A stretch of DNA of 64,000 nt from positions 4,385 to 68,384 of the forward strand of contig SVHC01000010.1 of assembly GCA_015056055.1 (NCBI GenBank), read 5' to 3'. The position numbers were made by a program, and so were the translations under genes. The first letter of the stretch is position 1; every line of letters begins with the position of its first letter. Below, one piece after another: positions 17,400 through 25,701 of this stretch. The DNA comes from Clostridiales bacterium. GTDB taxonomy: Bacteria > Bacillota > Clostridia > Christensenellales > Aristaeellaceae. A model generated the notes under the pieces. That model searched no databases and was not told the DNA's origin. It saw only the letters and a program-made list of their open reading frames with translations.

Positions 17400-20240
17400 A
17401 TGGCAAACAAGTTTAAGAGAAGCTTCGCAATGGTTCTGGCACTGTGTATGTTGGTACTCGCATCTCCCGTGCATGCTCTGGCCGAAGAGAGCGTTTACCC
17501 GGATGACATTAACGCAGACCTGACTGTTGACCAAACCAATGGTACGATTGAAATCGTTTTCACCCCCGTTGATGGCGCAGAGGGCGGAGATCTGGAATGG
17601 GAATCCGATCTGACCCTGGGCGAAAATATTGAAACCGAACTGAGCGATCTGAGCGTTACTGAGGAAAAAACCGAAGATGGCGACACGATCGTTACCGAAA
17701 GCGCTACCATCGTTACCGAAGGTACGCTGGAGAACGGTGCAGACAGCAATGGTGAGGAAGTTCTTGAAGAGATCACTGACACCGAAGCTGAAGATGCGCA
17801 GCAGAATGGTGAAATAACCATCAATGGCGAGGAAACTCATGTTGAAATCACCACTACCGAAGCCGACGGTACCGTTACTGAAACGGATGTAACCGACGGT
17901 TACGAGAAGATCGAGTGGACCGGCGACGGCATCGAGAACATCGAAGACGTTATCGAAGGTCTTGAAGATCTTGAAGGTCTTGAAAACATTGAGCTTCCCT
18001 CTGTGGAAATCGAACTCAATCCCGGTGAAACTACCGAGCCCGTCACTGAAAAGAGTGAAGTGCCGGTAACCGGTACTGTTGGCGACGAAAAGGAAGGCGA
18101 AGACGACACTGAGTACAACTACACCGATATCACTATCGAAGTAGATCGTACCGTGAGTGCTGAGGCTTCCGATCTGGTAGTAACGCCTCCCAGCGCTACT
18201 AACAACTATGATTCTCCCGTTGATCCTACCACGGATACGGACAAGAACTGGGATACCAGCTCCAAGACTAAGGAAGATCCTCAGCGCAACGGCTTGGAAA
18301 AGCCGGCGCCCGGTTTGGTTGACCTTGAGGATGTTCTCATGTATGAACGCTGGCAGGAAGGCGACGATATTCCTGAAGGATTCCACGTTGGCGACATCAA
18401 GGAAGATGCAAAGGGTAATTACATTATCGCTGATGAGCCTCAGGAGATTCCCGAAGGATATGACTTCTTCCACTCCGGCATGGGTGAATACACCGACGCC
18501 GCAGCTCCTGTGTTTAAGTACATCGTTTACCAGCGCGACGAGAGTGGCGAAATCATTTACGGCGAAGACGGTAAGCCTCTTGTTGATGAGGAAAAATCTT
18601 ACCTGATGAATGGTTCTAATGGCAAAGCTCCCGAAAGCGGTATGGACTATCAGCCCGGTCAGCTCGGTTTGACGAATATCGTTTGCGAGCGCTATACGGA
18701 AGAAGATCTGAAAAACGACCTGATTCCGGAAGGCAAGAATGTCGGTGATATCAAGTATGATGAAAACGGCAAGCCTGTGGTTGATGAGGAACAGACAGAG
18801 CTTTTCTACGCCTACTGCGCCGACTTCCTGGTAGAAACAGACGCAGACGCTATGCACTGGTACAAGATGGAAAACCTGGAAGACAGTGGTCACTACACTG
18901 AGGAAGATGCTCAGAAGCTCCGTGCCATCGTTATGAATGGCTACTGGGGTGATGCAGAAGTAGGTACTGTGGAGCAGATTGTTGCCAATCTGACCGAGTA
19001 TGTCCAGGACATGCCTGAAGCCACTGATGAAGAGAAGGCAGAAATGCTGGACCTTCTGCTTGGTATGAAGGAGCATGAAGCTCTGGCTGTTACCCAGGCT
19101 GCAATTTGGGCTTATTCTGTTAACCGCACTAACACTGCCTATATGGATGGCAAGCTTCCTGCTGGTGTAGATAATGTTGAAGTTATCGGCGCCCAGAGTG
19201 CAATCAAGTGTTATGCGTACGATGCGAAGAAGAACAAGACTTCTTGGTATACTGAGTACAAGGCTGCTGTTGATCAGATGAAGGACGGCGGACTGCCCCT
19301 GAATGGAGCGTACGTTAATCTTTCTGAAGAAGTAATGGCAGAACGAGTAGCGGAAGCTATTGAAAGCGATGCCCGCATGGCTCTGATGTTTGAGTACCTG
19401 ATGAGCCTGGAAGGTATTCCGGACACCGATGAGGACGTAACCACGGTTATCAACGAGAACAATTTCATCGAAGATGACTCCCTGTCTCTGGTAATTCATG
19501 ACCGCGTTGAGGATCATGAAGACAACAAGGACGACAACCACGACAATGACGTTTACGACACCGACCTGAAGTTCAGCCTGGCTTTTGTTCCCGGCGAGAA
19601 AGATGAACTGCTGGTTTATCTGTATGGTATCGGCGATGAACCCATCGTACGCCGCCTCAGCGGTACGGGTAACGATGGTATCGAGGATATCACCACGGAC
19701 ACCGACGCAAACGGCAATACTGTTTACGTATTCAAAGATCTGCAGCTGAGCGAGAACTCCAATACGAAGTTCGACCTCCGTCTGGACGGCGTTCATCACC
19801 TGAATCAGGGCGTTTACCTCTACACTGCTCAGGGCGGTCGCCTTGCCTCCCAGACCTTTGTTGGTATGGCAAGCGGTTCGCAGGATATCGACATCACTGC
19901 GAGCATGACCATTAGCTTCAATGTAGATGAGAACAACCATGTTGTTGCAGAACGTTATTGGCACAACGAATCCGACCCCGAAACCACTCCGCCCACTAAG
20001 GATGAACCCCCGGTTATCTCCGAACTGCCTCCGAGTGAGGACGAGGAAGAGCCCACGCCCCCGGTTCGTTATCGTCTGTCCCGTAACGTAGGTCAGCTGG
20101 AAACCATCATTGATGAGGAAGTTCCGCTGGCTGAAGTTCCTGAGACCGGTGATATCTCCATGGTATGGTTTGCCATGGTACTGGTAGCTGGCATGGGACT
20201 TTGCATGCTGAAACTTGCTGAGAAAAAGTGCAAGGCATAA
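17400..20240 (+). CDS. sortase-anchored surface adhesin with a thioester (TQxA) domain
   Basis: Signal peptide MANKFKRSFAMVLALCMLVLASPVHALA and a very acidic D/E/T-rich N-terminal region. Thioester Cys context FYAYCADF and Gln motif LAVTQAAIWAYS. C-terminal sorting signal EVPETGD, then hydrophobic ISMVWFAMVLVAGMGLCML, then KLAEKKCKA. Confidence 0.85.
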   Translation: MANKFKRSFAMVLALCMLVLASPVHALAEESVYPDDINADLTVDQTNGTIEIVFTPVDGAEGGDLEWESDLTLGENIETELSDLSVTEEKTEDGDTIVTESATIVTEGTLENGADSNGEEVLEEITDTEAEDAQQNGEITINGEETHVEITTTEADGTVTETDVTDGYEKIEWTGDGIENIEDVIEGLEDLEGLENIELPSVEIELNPGETTEPVTEKSEVPVTGTVGDEKEGEDDTEYNYTDITIEVDRTVSAEASDLVVTPPSATNNYDSPVDPTTDTDKNWDTSSKTKEDPQRNGLEKPAPGLVDLEDVLMYERWQEGDDIPEGFHVGDIKEDAKGNYIIADEPQEIPEGYDFFHSGMGEYTDAAAPVFKYIVYQRDESGEIIYGEDGKPLVDEEKSYLMNGSNGKAPESGMDYQPGQLGLTNIVCERYTEEDLKNDLIPEGKNVGDIKYDENGKPVVDEEQTELFYAYCADFLVETDADAMHWYKMENLEDSGHYTEEDAQKLRAIVMNGYWGDAEVGTVEQIVANLTEYVQDMPEATDEEKAEMLDLLLGMKEHEALAVTQAAIWAYSVNRTNTAYMDGKLPAGVDNVEVIGAQSAIKCYAYDAKKNKTSWYTEYKAAVDQMKDGGLPLNGAYVNLSEEVMAERVAEAIESDARMALMFEYLMSLEGIPDTDEDVTTVINENNFIEDDSLSLVIHDRVEDHEDNKDDNHDNDVYDTDLKFSLAFVPGEKDELLVYLYGIGDEPIVRRLSGTGNDGIEDITTDTDANGNTVYVFKDLQLSENSNTKFDLRLDGVHHLNQGVYLYTAQGGRLASQTFVGMASGSQDIDITASMTISFNVDENNHVVAERYWHNESDPETTPPTKDEPPVISELPPSEDEEEPTPPVRYRLSRNVGQLETIIDEEVPLAEVPETGDISMVWFAMVLVAGMGLCMLKLAEKKCKA

Positions 20241-20320
20241 GCTACAAAGCCGGATTATTGCGGAATCGGATGGGCGGAAGCCTTTCTGAAAGCGTAAGAA
20301 AGAAATGATTCTCTTGTAAA

Positions 20321-20358
20321 AGGGAGCGAAGGAATACCTTCGCCCTCTTTTTTTTTTT
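20321..20358 (+). terminator. rho-independent terminator of the adhesin gene
   Basis: AGGGAGCGAAGG-aatac-CTTCGCCCTCT followed by a run of about 10 T. Confidence 0.8.
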
Positions 20359-20424
20359 GCAAAAGAATGTTATACTATATAACAAGAGAAAGCGCCGGAA
20401 GGCGGAAAAAAGGAGTTGTCAAAA

Positions 20425-21369
20425 TTGAAAAAATTGCTGGCTGCCTTTCTGGCAGTGTGGATGGGCGTAACTGGTTTGGGCTGTGCGCTGTGTGAGGATG
20501 CGTATATTGATTCTGATTGGAGCAGCTATGAGGGGGAGATGATCTCTCAGTCTCGTGCTGCGGTACCGCTGCTGTTGGAAGCTACCGCTCCGGGTGTGTT
20601 GGTGGAAGAAAACGGGAAGGCACTGATCGACTATTCCAATACCGACGATGGATATGTGATGGTGCTGTATAAAGAGGGAACCAGCAAAAAGCTCAAGGTG
20701 CAGATCAAGGGACCTTCCACGACCTATACATATACCATTTATCCCGGTGAGTGGGCAGTGCTGCCGCTGACAGACGGAAACGGAAAGTATCAGGTCAAGG
20801 TGTTCAAGAATGTGTCCGGAAACTCCTATTCCAATGTGCTGGCTGCAAAGACAACGGTGGAACTTACCGATGAATTCGCACCGTTCCTCAGACCCAATCA
20901 GTATGTCAATTACAGCGCTTCCAGCCGTGCTGTGGAACTGGCGATGAATCTGACGCAGGGCATTTACCAGCCGCTGGGCAAAGTAGAAGCGATTTATAAT
21001 TACGTGGTAACGTATCTTTCCTACGATAAGGAAAAGGCCAAGAATGTCAAGAGCGGTTATCTGCCGGTGCTGGATGAGATACTGGAATCCAAGAAGGGCA
21101 TCTGCTTTGACTACGCGGCGCTGATGACGGGTATGCTGCGCAGCCAGGGTGTTCCCTGCAAGATGGTGTTTGGCTATGCGGGAAGTGCATACCATGCCTG
21201 GATTAGCGTGTGGAGCGAGGATACCGGCTGGGTGGATGGCGTAATTTTCTTTGACGGTACCACTTGGCAGCGTCTGGATCCTACTTTTGCTTCCTCCGGT
21301 AATCAGAGCGAATCGATTATGGAGTATATCGGCAACGGTAAGAACTATAAGGAAAAGTATTTCTATTAA
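20425..21369 (+). CDS. secreted transglutaminase-like (Cys-His-Asp core) protein
   Basis: Signal-like KKLLAAFLAVWMGVTGLGCALC. Transglutaminase core KKGICFDYAALMTGMLRSQGVPCKMVFGYAG..YHAWISVW....WQRLDPT. The likely start is TTG 20425, 9 nt after AGGAG; the track start 20416 abuts the RBS. Confidence 0.75.
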   Translation: MKKLLAAFLAVWMGVTGLGCALCEDAYIDSDWSSYEGEMISQSRAAVPLLLEATAPGVLVEENGKALIDYSNTDDGYVMVLYKEGTSKKLKVQIKGPSTTYTYTIYPGEWAVLPLTDGNGKYQVKVFKNVSGNSYSNVLAAKTTVELTDEFAPFLRPNQYVNYSASSRAVELAMNLTQGIYQPLGKVEAIYNYVVTYLSYDKEKAKNVKSGYLPVLDEILESKKGICFDYAALMTGMLRSQGVPCKMVFGYAGSAYHAWISVWSEDTGWVDGVIFFDGTTWQRLDPTFASSGNQSESIMEYIGNGKNYKEKYFY

Positions 21370-21425
21370 GCTGTTCAAAGTACCGAAGAGGATGGACCAT
21401 CCGCGGATGGTTTGTGGATGAAGAT

Positions 21426-22472
21426 ATGAAAGTGCTTGAATTGACAAATTTGGAAAAAGCTGATCTTTTTAAACAGTTGGCGCTGCTGATGCATTCCGGC
21501 GTGACTGCGGGAGATGGACTCAGTCTGTTGGCTGAAGGGGAACCCAACGAAAAAATCCGCGAGATGCTTGTGAAGATGACGGAGAGTGTAGATGCCGGTG
21601 CGTATCTCTCGCAGGCTTTTGAGGAAACCGGAAGTTTTCCTGCCTATGTGACGGGTCTTTTGCAGATGGGAGAGCAGGTGGGACGAAGCGAGGAAACGCT
21701 AACTGCTCTTTCCGACTATTACGAGCAGAAGGAGCGGATGGAGCGGCAGCTGGTCAGTTCTCTGACCTATCCCGCGATTTTGCTGCTTTTGATGGCTGTT
21801 GTGATCATCATTCTGCTCAGCCAGGTGTTGCCGGTGTTCAACGATATTTATGCTTCCTTAGGAGGAAAGCTTACCGGCGTTGCTGGTGGATTGCTGCTGG
21901 CAGGCCAACTTCTGGATAAGGCGATTCCTGTGCTGTGTGGACTGCTGGTGGTAGTTCTGGGCTTTTTTGCGGTGTTCTCTCTGCATAAGGAGTGGAGAAA
22001 GAAGATTCTGGGATTCTTCTCGGCACGCTGGGGAGATAAGGGTATTTTCCGCAAGATGAATAATGCCCGCTTCGCGCAGGCGCTGTCGATGGGATACACC
22101 AGCGGTATGCCGCTGGAGGATGCGGCAGATCTGGCTGCTCTGCTACTCAAAGACATTCCGCCGGTTCAGGAAAGATGCAAAAAATGCAGCGAAATGCTGC
22201 AGCAGGGCGAGGATCTGGCTGTGGCGTTGGAGGCGGCGGAGCTGATGCCTCCGTCTACCTGCAGAATGCTGACTCTGGGTCTGCGCAGCGGAACGGGCGA
22301 CAGCGTGATGGAAGATATCTCCCGCAGGATGCAGGAGGACGCGCATAATGCTTTGGAGAGTATTGTGGCTCGGGTGGAGCCGGCGTTGGTGCTGGTGACC
22401 TCCGTACTGGTGGGCGTGATTCTTCTGTCGGTGATGCTGCCGCTGATGAATATTATGACAGCGATCGGGTGA
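21426..22472 (+). CDS. type II secretion / type IV pilus platform protein (GspF/PilC family)
   Basis: Two T2SSF-like halves (LFKQLALLMHSGVTAGDGLSLL... and FAQALSMGYTSGMPLEDAADL...), each followed by TM segments. The start is ambiguous (GTG 21414 or ATG 21426). Confidence 0.75.
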   Translation: MKVLELTNLEKADLFKQLALLMHSGVTAGDGLSLLAEGEPNEKIREMLVKMTESVDAGAYLSQAFEETGSFPAYVTGLLQMGEQVGRSEETLTALSDYYEQKERMERQLVSSLTYPAILLLLMAVVIIILLSQVLPVFNDIYASLGGKLTGVAGGLLLAGQLLDKAIPVLCGLLVVVLGFFAVFSLHKEWRKKILGFFSARWGDKGIFRKMNNARFAQALSMGYTSGMPLEDAADLAALLLKDIPPVQERCKKCSEMLQQGEDLAVALEAAELMPPSTCRMLTLGLRSGTGDSVMEDISRRMQEDAHNALESIVARVEPALVLVTSVLVGVILLSVMLPLMNIMTAIG

Positions 22473-22476
22473 GAAC

Positions 22477-22791
22477 GTGAAGAAAAAAAGAGGATTGCAG
22501 ACGATTCTTTCCTGCGTAGTTATGCCCGTGCTGGCAATTTTGGTGCTGGTATGCTTTTTAAGCGCGGTTTCCAATCTGACAAGCGGGCGGCAGAGCGAGG
22601 ATATGGACAAGCTGGAAGATGTGCTTCGCCGCGCAGCGGTAGCCTGCTATGCTGCGGAGGGGATCTACCCGCCGGATCTGGAATATCTGCAGGAGCATTA
22701 TGGTGTGCAGATTGACGAAAGGCGCTATGTGGTGGATTACGTGGCGATTGCGGATAATCTGATGCCGGATATCACGATTCTGGAAAAATAA
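22477..22791 (+). CDS. small bitopic pilin-like protein (no Glu+5)
   Basis: GTG start 4 nt after the GspF stop. MKKKRG-LQTILSCVVMPVLAILVLVCFL, then an ~70-aa soluble part. Confidence 0.55.
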   Translation: MKKKRGLQTILSCVVMPVLAILVLVCFLSAVSNLTSGRQSEDMDKLEDVLRRAAVACYAAEGIYPPDLEYLQEHYGVQIDERRYVVDYVAIADNLMPDITILEK

Positions 22792-22815
22792 GAATGGACA
22801 AGCAATGGTGACAGG

Positions 22816-23298
22816 ATGAAAAAGAAAAACCAATTGGGCAGCGTGCTGGTTTTGCTGGTGTTTGCGGTGTTCATGGTCTCGGTTTTAATGGTGCTGCTCA
22901 CCGGTGCGGATGTGGTAGAGAAGATCCATAGCCGCGATCAGGCCAGCTATGACCACAGAACGCTGGTACAATATATCACTACCCGGGTTCGTCAGGCCGA
23001 TCAGCGTGGCATGGTGGATGTGCGCAGCTTTGGCGACGGTGATGCATTGGTGCTTACGGAGGAAATAGACGGAGATTTGTATGAAACTCTGGTCTATTGT
23101 TCCGATGGGTATTTGAGGGAACTGTTTGTGGAAGCGGGTCTGGAAATGGATGCGGAATTTGGCGAGGAGATTCTGCCGATTCAGCGCGTTTGTTTTCAGG
23201 ATGAAAATACCTATATCCGCGTACAGTTGACGCTGACAGAGGGAGAGGAAGAGGAAATGATTCTTTCTCTTCGCAGCGAGAGGGGGACAATGCGATGA
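22816..23298 (+). CDS. small bitopic membrane protein (160 aa), pilus/pseudopilus accessory candidate
   Basis: MKKKNQLG-SVLVLLVFAVFMVSVLMVLL N-terminal anchor. I recall similar clostridial proteins being binned as a DUF family, but this is unverified. Confidence 0.55.
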   Translation: MKKKNQLGSVLVLLVFAVFMVSVLMVLLTGADVVEKIHSRDQASYDHRTLVQYITTRVRQADQRGMVDVRSFGDGDALVLTEEIDGDLYETLVYCSDGYLRELFVEAGLEMDAEFGEEILPIQRVCFQDENTYIRVQLTLTEGEEEEMILSLRSERGTMR

Positions 23299-23693
23299 AG
23301 AGCAAAGCACCTCTTGCGCTGATGGAGCAGCTGGTGATGATTCTGGTGTTCGCACTGGCTGCGGCATTGTGTTTGCAGATTTTTGTGCTTTCGGGCAATC
23401 TTTCCGTGACAAGTGAAACCCGCGACCGGGCAGTAACGGCAGTTCAGAATACAGCAGAAACGCTAAAACTGTGCCGGGGCGATTTGGAAGAGGTTCAGAA
23501 ACTGCTGGGTGGAGAGAAAACCGAAGATTGCTGGCAGATGATTTTGACTGGAAAAGAAACGCTGTGTGTAACGGCAGAACGGATTGCAGACGAAGCTGAA
23601 GCACTGGGCGAGGCCAGAGTGTATGCAGTCAACGATAAAGGCAGCGTGGTTTTTGAAGTGAATGTATGCTGGCAGGAGGAATGGGATGGATAA
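23295..23693 (+). CDS. pseudopilin-like protein with non-canonical leader
   Basis: MKSKAP-LALMEQLVMILVFALAAALCL. LALME aligns with the pilin F-T-L-I-E motif and conserves the Glu, but the residue at -1 is Pro rather than Gly. The ATGA overlaps the upstream stop. Confidence 0.55.
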   Translation: MKSKAPLALMEQLVMILVFALAAALCLQIFVLSGNLSVTSETRDRAVTAVQNTAETLKLCRGDLEEVQKLLGGEKTEDCWQMILTGKETLCVTAERIADEAEALGEARVYAVNDKGSVVFEVNVCWQEEWDG

Positions 23694-24093
23694 GCAGCAG
23701 AAAAAGTTTCAGGCTCCCATGGTGGGAGGAAGCTCCTTGCTGGTGATTTTTGCCATTCTGTGTCTGACGGTTTTTGCTCTCCTGGGGTTTAGTACCGTGC
23801 AGGCAGACCGTAGGCTGGCAGATGCCAGTATTAAGGCCGTAGAAGGGTATTATAAGGCTGATAGCGAGGCAGAAAGGATTCTGGCCGCGATTCGCAGCGG
23901 CGAGGCTCCTGCAGGGGTACAGTGCGATGAAAACGTGTATCGTTACGCCTGTACCGTTTCCGACACTCAGAAGCTCTTGGTAGAGGCACGGGTTGAAAAC
24001 AGGGACGAATGGGAAATTCTGCGCTGGCAGACGGTTTCAACGGCAGAGTGGAATGAAGAAGAGTATATTACTGTGTGGGACGGCGAGAGTTAG
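23686..24093 (+). CDS. small bitopic membrane protein (135 aa), pilus accessory candidate
   Basis: MDKQQKKFQAPMVGG-SSLLVIFAILCLTVFALLGF. AGGAGGA RBS and an 8-nt overlap with the upstream gene. The track start 23662 is an extension. Confidence 0.55.
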   Translation: MDKQQKKFQAPMVGGSSLLVIFAILCLTVFALLGFSTVQADRRLADASIKAVEGYYKADSEAERILAAIRSGEAPAGVQCDENVYRYACTVSDTQKLLVEARVENRDEWEILRWQTVSTAEWNEEEYITVWDGES

Positions 24094-24124
24094 ACAGATT
24101 TGAGAAAAAAGGCAGGCATTGTAT

Positions 24125-25180
24125 ATGGCTGATTTGATGTATTATCTGCAGCAAGCGGTAGAGAAACACGCTTCGGATATTTTTATTGTGGCAGGTGCTC
24201 CGGTGAGCTTCAAGCTGGATGGAAAAGTATGCCATATAAGTGATCAGAAGGTTATGCCGGAGGAAACGCTGGAACTTATTACCGAGATTTACGGAAATGC
24301 CAAACGTTCCATGGACGCATTTCTTCGAAACGGTGATGATGACTTTTCCTTTGCTGTGCCGGGAATGGCGCGCTTCCGTGTAAATGCCTATCGTCAGAGA
24401 GGCTCACTGGCAGTAGTGGTACGCGTAGTGTCTTTCAATATCCCGGACTGGAAAAGCATCCATATACCGGAGAGGATTATGGATTTGGCAAATGCGGGTC
24501 ACGGTATGATTCTTATGACCGGCACTGCGGGCAGCGGAAAGTCTACCACACAGGCATGTATTATCGACCGTATTAACCAAACACGGGATTGCCACATTAT
24601 TACGCTGGAAGATCCTATTGAGTTTTTGCACCGCAACCAACGCAGCATTGTGAGTCAAAGAGAAATCGCGGTGGATACCGCTGACTATCTTTCTGCGCTG
24701 CGTGCCTGTCTGCGTCAGGCACCGGATGTGATTCTTCTGGGCGAAATGCGTGATCCAGAAACAATTCGTACCACCATTACAGCGGCGGAAACCGGTCATC
24801 TGATTATTGCGACGCTGCACACCAAAGGAGCTGTCAATGCCATTGATCGCATTATTGACAGTTTTCCGAGTGAGCATCAGGCGCAGATTCGCATGATGCT
24901 TTCTACGGTATTGCAGACTGTTGTTTCACAGCAAATGCTGCCTGACCAACATGGTGGAATGGTGCCCGCCTTTGAAGTGATGCATGTCAATAGTGCCATT
25001 CGCAGCCTGATTCGCGACAATAAGAGCCATCAGATTAATAATGTGATCGCTGCCGGCGGAAAAGAAGGCATGATCACCATGGATCAGGCTATTCTGGAAT
25101 TGTATAAAAATGGCGCGATTACAAAGGATACAGCCTTGGATTACGCTGATGCGCCGGATATGATGAGGCGTCAACTGTAA
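24125..25180 (+). CDS. pilT: PilT-family (retraction-type) hexameric ATPase
   Basis: Alignable along its length with Pseudomonas PilT as I remember it: ASDIFIVAGAPVSFKLDG, FSFAVPGMARFRVNAY, Walker A GTAGSGKST, ITLEDPIEF, ILLGEMRD, AAETGHLIIATLHT. About 350 aa, lacking the N-terminal extension of PilB/GspE. Confidence 0.85.
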   Translation: MADLMYYLQQAVEKHASDIFIVAGAPVSFKLDGKVCHISDQKVMPEETLELITEIYGNAKRSMDAFLRNGDDDFSFAVPGMARFRVNAYRQRGSLAVVVRVVSFNIPDWKSIHIPERIMDLANAGHGMILMTGTAGSGKSTTQACIIDRINQTRDCHIITLEDPIEFLHRNQRSIVSQREIAVDTADYLSALRACLRQAPDVILLGEMRDPETIRTTITAAETGHLIIATLHTKGAVNAIDRIIDSFPSEHQAQIRMMLSTVLQTVVSQQMLPDQHGGMVPAFEVMHVNSAIRSLIRDNKSHQINNVIAAGGKEGMITMDQAILELYKNGAITKDTALDYADAPDMMRRQL

Positions 25181-25214
25181 AACTATCTTCGGTTTTATGG
25201 GTGTATATGGTAAA

Positions 25215-25254
25215 GGTAGATGCATGGAAAATGGCCATGTATCTGCCTTTTTTT
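25215..25254 (+). terminator. rho-independent terminator of the pilT operon
   Basis: GGTAGATGCATGG-loop-CCATGTATCTGCC (13 pairs including 2 G-U) followed by TTTTTTT. Confidence 0.7.
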
Positions 25255-25555
25255 ATGTTGGAATGAAACTGGAGCGGGTGATTGATTTGATCTGTGATGC
25301 TGTGGCCATTGAGAAATGAGTTGCGTAGCCTTTTTATTCGTCAACACAAACAATAGGATGACGTCAGAAGGCCTAAAATGGCGCATGACAGCGTTTGTGA
25401 AGGGGGATAGAAGAAATTTATTTGAAGAAGTGTGGAAGAGGCGGAAGATGCATATTTGGAAGAAGTGGAACGGTATGGTACGGTAGAATGTCGTGTGCCC
25501 GGTGCAGTGTGAAAAGAACTATTGGCTTTATAGCCGTGAAGAAGCAAAGTGGGAT

Positions 25556-25613
25556 AACAAATGAAAGACTCGTATGCATAAGGCGCTTTGAGCGCTTTCT
25601 GGCATACGAGTCT
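25556..25613 (-). terminator. nested hairpin terminator candidate for the c-di-GMP operon
   Basis: Perfect 12-bp outer stem AGACTCGTATGC/GCATACGAGTCT (25566-25577 / 25602-25613) enclosing an inner GCGCT...AGCGC stem. On the minus strand it is followed by TTCATTTGTT. Confidence 0.45.
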
Positions 25614-25701
25614 GTTCGATTTGCTTGTGGTAGTCACACTGTGTACTGAACAGTGTGCACGATGTGGTGAGAGATTGGGAGATAAGCTCCCTTGTGTGAT
25701 T

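Noticed and set aside
17185-17406. Small ORFs 17185..17406 (-) and 17192..17383 (+) upstream of the adhesin
   Set aside because: Both lie on top of the GEMM-I aptamer, and the RNA structure explains the sequence conservation better than coding does.
17325-19964. 879-aa minus-strand ORF, the longest unexplained ORF in the track
   Set aside because: It lies exactly antisense to the adhesin gene. Its Ile/Val/Phe/Asn-rich sequence is what the reverse complement of GAA/GAT/ACC-rich acidic codons gives. It has no RBS and it overlaps the riboswitch.
20419-21447. 342-aa minus ORF over the transglutaminase gene. Similar shadows occur at 53700..54620, 52991..53908, 55022..56104, 56513..57613, 45213..46292, 46839..47870, 49060..50199, 26041..27333, 28220..29221, 30560..31606, 31733..32665 and 43214..44053
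   Set aside because: Each is antisense to, or out of frame with, a gene with clear family motifs. None has an RBS or a recognisable domain.
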